A DNA stretch of 64,000 nt from Parcubacteria group bacterium GW2011_GWA2_42_14 (GTDB lineage: Bacteria; Patescibacteriota; Minisyncoccia; Sungbacterales; GWA2-42-14), in assembly GCA_000998135.1 (NCBI GenBank), contig LCCV01000001.1, forward strand, positions 8,958 through 72,957, read 5' to 3'. Every line of letters begins with the position of its first letter. Position 1 is the stretch's first letter. This document shows positions 57,114 through 64,000 of the stretch, piece by piece. The notes beneath the pieces are model-generated. The model had not been told where the DNA came from. It saw only the letters and a list, made by a program, of their open reading frames with translations, and made no database searches. The position numbers and the translations under genes are program-made.

Positions 57114-58424
57114 TCAGAAGAGGCTCGCCTGTTTGGAAATCTCTCTCCTCTCCCCTTCCTCGAAAATTCTCACTTTGCCGTAAAGACCGTCGTAGCCGGG
57201 CTCTATATGAAGCCGCCCCTCGCGAACCCGCATAATACCCTCAACAATTTCCGGCTTAATTTTTCCTTCAAGGTCAGCGCGGGAAACATCAAATAGTACC
57301 GATATCTCGTTTCCGAATTCAGCAACAATATTCTTAAACTCCTCCTGAATTTTTTTTGTCGTAGCCGAAGCAACCCCTAATGACTCGGCAATAATCTCAT
57401 CAAGCGGAACCATATTTTTATACGGAATCGCTTTTTCCGGTTTAAATCCTTCAGATTTAAATCCTTCCGGTCTATCCGCCAATTCTTCCACACGGCTCAT
57501 CACTCCCACGGTAACCTTTTTTCCGCACTTGGGGCAAAGGCCTTTTAATTTTCTGGTTTCTTCGGGAGCAAGCCTGATATTGCAATCCCTATGGCCGTCA
57601 TAGTGATAAATCCCCTCTTCCGGAAAAAATTCTATGGTGGAAAGAAAACGTTTGGGGTCTTTAGATTTTATTGCTTCAATAATCCCGTTATATGAAAGTT
57701 CTGCGTCAAAAATATTCGCTTCTCGCCCAATGCGTCTTAAAGAATGGCTGTCGGAATTGGAAATCAGCGCATATTTATCAAGCGCTGAAACCCGCCAATT
57801 CATGGCCGGGTCACTAGACAAACCCGTTTCCAGAGCAAAAATATGCTTTGAGTACTCATCAAAACATTCTTCAATTGAATCAAAACCGGATTTGGAACCG
57901 AACACGGAAAACCAAGGGGTCCATATATGCGCCGGAACAAAAAAACAATTGGGGTCGGCATTTAAGACAATCTTCAAAAGCTCTTTAGAATCAAGCCCCA
58001 AAATCGGCCGGCCATCGGATTTAATATTTCCGCGGATATTCAACTGCGCGTTTATTTTTTCCGCCGTCTCAACTGACGACGCAAAAATCAGATTGTGAAT
58101 TCTTCTAACCTTCCCGCCTTTGGAATAAATGCTTGAAATTTCCACCGTCAGCATAAAACGCGTTTTGGAATTTGAGTTTTGGTCATTTGAATTTATTAGG
58201 GATTTGGGATTTGGGATTTGGGATTTTAGTTTAAAGATTCCTTGCTCCGCCGGCTCCAGTTTCTCTTTAATTTCTTTTATCCATTTAGGATGCGTAAAAT
58301 CTCCAGTCCCCATAACCGTAATTCCCTTGAGCCCTGCCCAATAATCCAAATTCTCCAAAGTCATTTCTTTGGAAACCGCGCGCGCGTATGGCGAATGAAT
58401 ATGAAAATCAGCAATTATTCTCAT
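57114..58424 (-). CDS. PHP-domain endonuclease Q family protein
   Basis: ADFHIHS, GTGDFTHP, PAHIWTPWFS, ETGLSSD, SNSDSHS, CPKCG, PGYDGLYG. Confidence 0.88.
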   Translation of the reverse strand: MRIIADFHIHSPYARAVSKEMTLENLDYWAGLKGITVMGTGDFTHPKWIKEIKEKLEPAEQGIFKLKSQIPNPKSLINSNDQNSNSKTRFMLTVEISSIYSKGGKVRRIHNLIFASSVETAEKINAQLNIRGNIKSDGRPILGLDSKELLKIVLNADPNCFFVPAHIWTPWFSVFGSKSGFDSIEECFDEYSKHIFALETGLSSDPAMNWRVSALDKYALISNSDSHSLRRIGREANIFDAELSYNGIIEAIKSKDPKRFLSTIEFFPEEGIYHYDGHRDCNIRLAPEETRKLKGLCPKCGKKVTVGVMSRVEELADRPEGFKSEGFKPEKAIPYKNMVPLDEIIAESLGVASATTKKIQEEFKNIVAEFGNEISVLFDVSRADLEGKIKPEIVEGIMRVREGRLHIEPGYDGLYGKVRIFEEGERREISKQASLF

Positions 58425-58476
58425 ACGGACATATTGTAAAGTATTTTTGAAAAGAAAAAAAGCCGTTAAAACGGCT

Positions 58477-58854
58477 TTACTTACTCTCTGCTTTTTCCTG
58501 GGCCGATAATTCAAAAAAAGTTATTACAAAATTAACTAAGGCCAAAACCACAAAAAAGAGAGCTAATCCCAGATAACCAAACATAAAAAACTCTTCCATC
58601 GCAATTCCCCACCAAAGGGCAACCACGCCAAATATTACCGCAACTACCGCCCAATAAATCGCCCAAAAGGTTAAAACAAACGGCATCCGCTTAGTATCAA
58701 CCATACGATCAAAACCATAAATCATCCATCCCCATACAACCACCAAAATCGAGGGAATAACCTGAACAAACTCAAGGTTCGGCCAAATTTTAAAGTACGT
58801 AAAGAACAATCCGGCACTCATTAAAAATAACCCAGCCGCGTTCCACTTTCGCAC
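58477..58854 (-). CDS. membrane protein
   Basis: four TM segments, SD AAGGAG. Confidence 0.6.
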   Translation of the reverse strand: MRKWNAAGLFLMSAGLFFTYFKIWPNLEFVQVIPSILVVVWGWMIYGFDRMVDTKRMPFVLTFWAIYWAVVAVIFGVVALWWGIAMEEFFMFGYLGLALFFVVLALVNFVITFFELSAQEKAESK

Positions 58855-59033
58855 TGTATTTTCTCCTTATTTTTAAAGGCCTATCAGCATAATAATTAAT
58901 CCGTAAAAATAGTCAAGTATTGTATTTTTTACTATACCCCTTATTCGCGCGAATAAGGGGTATAGTTTAACGCGCAAAAATTTGGCCGGCAATTAAAAAG
59001 CCGCGGGCAAACGCGGCACTGACTAAAAATTAT

Positions 59034-59240
59034 TTATTTATTTTCTTTATCTTCTTCCAAACTATTATTCTCCGGCTTTTTAAACCATTTTTTAAAATAA
59101 TTTCCTCCGCCGAAAAGCCATAAACCGGCGACAATCAAAAGAATGCCCGGAACAAACGGAACAAAAAGAGATAATATCCCGAGAAAAATCAAAACCAGTC
59201 CTAAAAATTTTCTGAATAAATTTAAAAACCAAGAAAACAT
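59034..59240 (-). CDS. small membrane protein (PGPGW-like)
   Basis: GILSLFVPFVPGILLIVAGL; upstream extension is a palindromic repeat. Confidence 0.6.
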   Translation of the reverse strand: MFSWFLNLFRKFLGLVLIFLGILSLFVPFVPGILLIVAGLWLFGGGNYFKKWFKKPENNSLEEDKENK

Positions 59241-59253
59241 AAAATCTTTTTTC

Positions 59254-59361
59254 GTCATTGCGAGGAGCGAAGTAATACGGCAATCCCACACATAAATCAT
59301 ACATAAATCCAAAAGATTGCTTCCCGCCACGCTCCCCTCGGTCGCTCGCGGTCGCAATGAC
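59254..59361. repeat. REP/RPE-like palindrome
   Basis: GTCATTGCGA...GCAATC...GATTGC...TCGCAATGAC. Confidence 0.75.
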
Positions 59362-59512
59362 ACGAAACGCGTAAGTCCTAATATTTTTAAAAAGTATCCG
59401 CGTATATCCGCGTATCCGCCTCGATTATCCCCCGGATAATCAAGTCCGCTTCTACGAGCCGCAGACCATAATTAAAATGCAAAAGAAAGTTGCCAAACAA
59501 GATAAACAAATA

Positions 59513-62176
59513 TTATCTCCTATGAAACAGGAAAAATTTCAGAACTTCCGCAACCAACAATGAGCCCAACCCGTAACTGACTATAATAGCCCAATCGGAA
59601 AAATTCAAGGGAACTGTTTTAAGAAGCGATTGCAAAAACGGAACATAAACCGCCGACAAAAGCATTAAAAACCCTATTACAATAGACGGTATCATATAAG
59701 GATTTTCTTTTAAAGAAACTTTCCAAAAGGGCTTATGAAAATTCCTGATGCTTAAAATATAAAAAAGGGAGTCCCCGCCGACAAAAAGAAACAGCATAGT
59801 TCTGATATAAGAAATATCCCTGCCCTGCGAAAGAAAAAGCAGAAAAAAAGAAATAATAACGGAGATAGTAATCAGTCCGAAAAACAGGGTCAGTAAAAAA
59901 GAGCGCCGGTCAAAAAGCTTGCGAAAAAATTCCGGTTTTTCTTTCATAACCTCCCCATTGCCCTCTTCAAAAGCAAGGGCGGTATTGGGCAAAGTGTCCT
60001 CTACCAAATTTATCCAAAGAATCTGTGCCGGAAGTAAGGGAAGGGGGTATCCCATAATGATGCTAAAAGAAACCAGAATTGTTTCGGCAAAGGCGTCTGA
60101 CAGCAAAAAAACAACAATCTTCCTGATATTTTCAAAAATTATTCTCCCCTCTTTGATAGCCGTAACAATTCCGGAAAAGCTGTTGTTAATTAAAACTATA
60201 TCCGATGCTTCTTTGGCCAAGTCGGTTCCGGAACCAAGCGCCACCCCGATATCGGCCCTGCGAAGGGCGGGTGCATCATTTACCCCGTCTCCGGTCATGG
60301 CTAAAACATCGCCGTGTTTCTGCCAGCCCTCAACAATGCGCAATTTCTGCTCCGGAGTAACTCTGGCAAAAACGTCAATTTTGGAGACCCTTTTTTGAAA
60401 ATCCGCATCCGACATTTTATCAAATTCTTTTCCGTCAATAATATGAGTGCGATGGCTTTCGGTAATAATTCCGACCTCTTCGGCAATTGCTTCAGCCGTA
60501 AAACGATGGTCTCCGGTAATCAAGACCGTGCCAATGCCGGCTTCATGCGCAATTCTTACCGCTTCTTTGGCATCAGAACGAAGCGGGTCGCGAAGCGCTA
60601 TAAGCCCAACAAAAACAAAGTCCTCCAAAAGATGTTCGGAATCATCAAGGGAATCTTTTTGGCTTAAACGGAATCCGGCGGCAATAACCCGAAGACCTTT
60701 TTGGGTGAGCCCTTCAAAATGGCGGAGAATTTCTCCTCTTTTGTTTTCGGTTAAAACTCCGTATGAACCATCAAGCTGAATTGAGCTGGAGCGGGAAAGA
60801 ATTATTTCAGGCGCTCCCAGCATAAATACAACATTCCGGTTTTGGTTAAGGTCGCGATGAAGAGCATAAGAATATTTCCGACCGGAATCAAAAGGAACAA
60901 AATCAATTCTGGGAAATTCTTTTAAAATATTTTCTTTCCTTAATCCTGTTTCAAATGCGGCCTTAACCAATGCTTTTTCCGTAGGATTGCCGTGAAGCTT
61001 CAATTCCTCAAGTTCGGCATCGGGATTTTCGATTTCCGCTTCCGAAAGCATCAAAGCAACGCGCAAAAGCGTTACATGGGAATTTTCTTTTTCCTCGGGA
61101 AACGGCTTTAAATATTTCTTCCCGTCATGAAGCAATTCTCCGGTTCCGGTAAGAAGCTGGGATACCTGCATATTCGCCTCGGTAAGAGTTCCTGTTTTAT
61201 CGGTCGCGATTAAAGACACCGAGCCCAAGGTTTGCGCCGCAAAAAGATGCCGCACTAAGGCCTGTTTTTTAAAAAGCTTCTGCATCCCGATAGCCATTAC
61301 AATGGTTACTGAAATGGCCAGGCCTTCTGGAACAGCGGCCACTGCCAAAGCGGCTGACGAAAGAAACATTTCCAAAGCATTTATATGGCGCCAAAATACG
61401 CCGAGCAAAAATAACGAAGACATAACAAAAACTATGGCCAGAGTAATATAGGAGGTAAGCGTTTTTAATTCTTTTTCCAGAGGGGTTTTTGTTTCCTCCA
61501 CTTCCGATACAAGTTCGGCAATTTTACCGATCTCGGTATTACTGCCGGTCGCGACCACCACACCTCTGCCCGCGCCCTCGGTAATAATGGTTCCGGCAAA
61601 AGCCATATTGGAACGGCTTAATAAATTAGTGCCTATCGGGATCATATTGGTATTTTTTTTAACTGCCAGCCATTCTCCGGTAAGGATTGCTTCATCAGCC
61701 AAAAAATTTTTGGAGGCAATAATTCTTGCATCCGCCGGAATTTTTTCTCCTGCCCTAAAAACAACAATATCTCCGGGCACGACCTCTTCTCTTTTTAACA
61801 AAAGCTCTTTTCCGTCCCGAATCACATAAGCCGATTCCTCCAGCGCCCTTTTTAAAGAAACAAAAGATTTTTCCGCTTTAGCTTCCTGCCAGAAACCAAG
61901 AAAAATATTGACCAGCACGGCCGCGCCGATTATTATGGCATCGGTATTATCCCCCAAAAAAAATGAAATGACCCCGGCCCCGACCAGAATTAAAATAAAG
62001 GCATTTTTAAACTGCCCCAAAAATATGGATAAAAAAGAGCGCCCTGCTCCGGTTTTAAATTCATTGGGGCCGTATTTTTCCAGGCGCTTTTTTGCTTCCT
62101 CAATCGAAAGGCCCGAGGGAGAAGTATGCAGTTTTTTTAGAACCGAATCAGCGGATTCGGCATGCCAGTTTTCCAT
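59513..62176 (-). CDS. cation-transporting P-type ATPase (P2A-like)
   Basis: LTGE, AVPEGL, DKTGTLT, MTGDGVND, QILWINL; start MENWH. Confidence 0.93.
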   Translation of the reverse strand: MENWHAESADSVLKKLHTSPSGLSIEEAKKRLEKYGPNEFKTGAGRSFLSIFLGQFKNAFILILVGAGVISFFLGDNTDAIIIGAAVLVNIFLGFWQEAKAEKSFVSLKRALEESAYVIRDGKELLLKREEVVPGDIVVFRAGEKIPADARIIASKNFLADEAILTGEWLAVKKNTNMIPIGTNLLSRSNMAFAGTIITEGAGRGVVVATGSNTEIGKIAELVSEVEETKTPLEKELKTLTSYITLAIVFVMSSLFLLGVFWRHINALEMFLSSAALAVAAVPEGLAISVTIVMAIGMQKLFKKQALVRHLFAAQTLGSVSLIATDKTGTLTEANMQVSQLLTGTGELLHDGKKYLKPFPEEKENSHVTLLRVALMLSEAEIENPDAELEELKLHGNPTEKALVKAAFETGLRKENILKEFPRIDFVPFDSGRKYSYALHRDLNQNRNVVFMLGAPEIILSRSSSIQLDGSYGVLTENKRGEILRHFEGLTQKGLRVIAAGFRLSQKDSLDDSEHLLEDFVFVGLIALRDPLRSDAKEAVRIAHEAGIGTVLITGDHRFTAEAIAEEVGIITESHRTHIIDGKEFDKMSDADFQKRVSKIDVFARVTPEQKLRIVEGWQKHGDVLAMTGDGVNDAPALRRADIGVALGSGTDLAKEASDIVLINNSFSGIVTAIKEGRIIFENIRKIVVFLLSDAFAETILVSFSIIMGYPLPLLPAQILWINLVEDTLPNTALAFEEGNGEVMKEKPEFFRKLFDRRSFLLTLFFGLITISVIISFFLLFLSQGRDISYIRTMLFLFVGGDSLFYILSIRNFHKPFWKVSLKENPYMIPSIVIGFLMLLSAVYVPFLQSLLKTVPLNFSDWAIIVSYGLGSLLVAEVLKFFLFHRR

Positions 62177-62258
62177 TCTGTAGAAGCTGATTCGTCGCTG
62201 ATTAGTACGCTGATTAAACGCTGATTCAGCGTATTTCGGCGTACTCAATCAGCGTATT

Positions 62259-63401
62259 TCAGCTTCTAATAATATGCATTATCTCCCACCCAATTCCTAA
62301 TATAAACATTGCCGCTAGAGCATAAATTACTGTTTTTGATAAAGATAAAGAATACTCCGGAATTCTTTTGCCTAATTTTTTCGCTTTTTGAAATACCGCC
62401 AAAGTGAGAATAGCGTCAATTCCTCCGGTTACCGCTCCCAAAAAACCGATTATAACTATAAAATTAGCCACGCCCAAAACAAAAAGCAGTAACGGAAAAA
62501 AAGACGTTACGGCCCAGGAAACCCAATGGCGCATGCCAAAATCAAAATATAAAGTTTCTTTAAGCGTAAGTCCTATAACAATAAAGGATGTAAATGCGGC
62601 AAGAATCCCAACAACCATGCCAAGATTCAAAAGATAAGAAGGCAAAAACCCCATAACTCCCGAAAGAGCGTCAGGCGAAGTGTTTATTCCTGAAACACCG
62701 GCCACCGATAACGCAAAGAAAAAATAAAGAACAGCCGGAATGACAGTGCCGAAAATTATTATGAACTTAAGCAAACTGCCGGAGTTTTTGCCGACCAATG
62801 CTCTCACTTCCGGAACGGCAGTAGCCCCGGCCAAAGAAAAAAGCAAAACTCCATACGGAAGGAAAACATTATCAAAACTATAAAGAGGCGGGGTTATTTC
62901 ACGAAAATAAGGCAGCGCCCCAAAAACAAAATAAGCAAGAAAGCCCACCAATAAAGTATTGATTAATGTATCAATCAATCCCAACTGTCTGATGCTGAAA
63001 AAAATAAATACGGTTCCGGCGGCCCAGAAAATAATTTCGCCTCCGAAATTCGGCAAATTTAGAAGATTATTCAAAAATTTACCGCCAATCACGATATAAA
63101 CCAGCAAAGCCCCCATGAGCCCTATCAAATAAGAAAAAGACGAAAAAAACTTTAAGCGCTTTCCAAAATAAATATTTACGTAGCCGGGCAAGCGATGAAT
63201 GGTATCGGTTCGCAAAAGTATTTCGCCGTAAGCCAGATGAATAACGGTTAAAGCCGCCGTAATAATAAGAAGTTCCATGGCCCCTACGATAAAACCAGCT
63301 TTAGAAAACACAAAAGGGATGCCAAACATCCCCACGCCAATAATCGTTCCGGAAAGAAGAAACACCCCTTGAATAAATTTCTTATTAAAAAACTTAATCA
63401 T
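62259..63401 (-). CDS. aromatic amino-acid permease family protein
   Basis: GTIIGVGMFGIP, about 11 TM helices. Confidence 0.82.
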   Translation of the reverse strand: MIKFFNKKFIQGVFLLSGTIIGVGMFGIPFVFSKAGFIVGAMELLIITAALTVIHLAYGEILLRTDTIHRLPGYVNIYFGKRLKFFSSFSYLIGLMGALLVYIVIGGKFLNNLLNLPNFGGEIIFWAAGTVFIFFSIRQLGLIDTLINTLLVGFLAYFVFGALPYFREITPPLYSFDNVFLPYGVLLFSLAGATAVPEVRALVGKNSGSLLKFIIIFGTVIPAVLYFFFALSVAGVSGINTSPDALSGVMGFLPSYLLNLGMVVGILAAFTSFIVIGLTLKETLYFDFGMRHWVSWAVTSFFPLLLFVLGVANFIVIIGFLGAVTGGIDAILTLAVFQKAKKLGKRIPEYSLSLSKTVIYALAAMFILGIGWEIMHIIRS

Positions 63402-63837
63402 TTTTATGAGCGCTATGAAAATACGGCTCAAACCATCTCAAAACCCTAAGAACAAAAATAGCAAGAAAAGAAGCAAAAATAGAAATCCAATACATTTTTA
63501 CCGCCACGCTCATGCCAACGGCGGCAGAAATCCAAAGACCGGCCGCGGTAGTTAACCCCTGAATCTCGTTAGCGCGAAGAAAAATCAGACCGGCGCCGAT
63601 AAAACCAATGCCCACAACGACCTGCGAGGCAATACGGGAAGGGTCAAAGCCCACGGGCGCGAATTCCCGAAAACCATAAATTGAAATTATGGTAAAAAGA
63701 CAGGCGCCCAATGACACCAAAGAATAAGTGCGAAGACCGGCGGCTTTGCCGTGAACTTCGCGCTCCATTCCTATACCCGCCCCCAAAAACATCGCGAGCG
63801 CCAATTGGAAGAAAAATTGTAGAGTTAATTCGTCCAA
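63394..63837 (-). CDS. MgtC/SapB family protein
   Basis: IGMERE, AGLRT, DPSRIASQVV-GIGFIGAG, GLTTAA. Confidence 0.92.
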   Translation of the reverse strand: MDELTLQFFFQLALAMFLGAGIGMEREVHGKAAGLRTYSLVSLGACLFTIISIYGFREFAPVGFDPSRIASQVVVGIGFIGAGLIFLRANEIQGLTTAAGLWISAAVGMSVAVKMYWISIFASFLAIFVLRVLRWFEPYFHSAHKND

Positions 63838-63927
63838 CCCTTTCGTAACCTATAACTTACAACAAACAACGTACAACACATAACATAATAAGTCGTTTGT
63901 TGTTGGTTATCGGTTGTTGGTTGTTAG

Positions 63928-64000
63928 TTAGGCCTTCTTGTATACTACATCTCCTTCCTTCGCCTTTCCGTCCACTTTAATCGCTACATCCTCTCCGGCT
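63928..64000 (-). CDS. partial CDS, translation-factor beta-barrel-like C-terminus
   Basis: ...AGEDVAIKVDGKAKEGDVVYKKA*, truncated by the window edge. Confidence 0.55.
   Translation of the reverse strand, partial: AGEDVAIKVDGKAKEGDVVYKKA

Noticed and set aside
59241-59363. N-terminal extensions of ORFs at 59363, 55072, 62248 and 12254
   Set aside because: they translate palindromic or tandem repeats; internal starts fit better

Overview
AT-rich bacterial chromosome segment. Gene content and repeat style suggest Patescibacteria/CPR (Parcubacteria-like); this is inference. The minus-strand backbone carries five aminoacyl-tRNA synthetases (leuS, metG, glyQS, ileS, argS), tatD, recO, purF, ung, a znuBC-like pair, polX and a P-type ATPase. 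The plus strand carries smpB-tmRNA, typA and infC-rpmI-rplT, and small orphan ORFs with their own promoters and terminators are interspersed. Most notable: (1) a ~1.55-kb densely base-paired locus between polX and an MFS gene (52.77-54.34 kb) that has no credible ORF, has a promoter and terminators, and looks like one or more large unrecognised structured RNAs; (2) a related multi-hairpin leader with repeated AAGAA loops at 48.37-48.58 kb; (3) an island after tmRNA with a LexA-methyltransferase fusion, a second methyltransferase and an antisense-nested, internally duplicated PvuII-like nuclease; (4) Nudix and histidine-phosphatase domains inserted in LeuRS and IleRS; (5) many heptamer arrays, REP/RPE-like palindromes, MITEs with target-site duplications and loopless perfect palindromes, several inserted in-frame into essential genes. 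All calls come from reading motifs by eye; no searches or folding were run.
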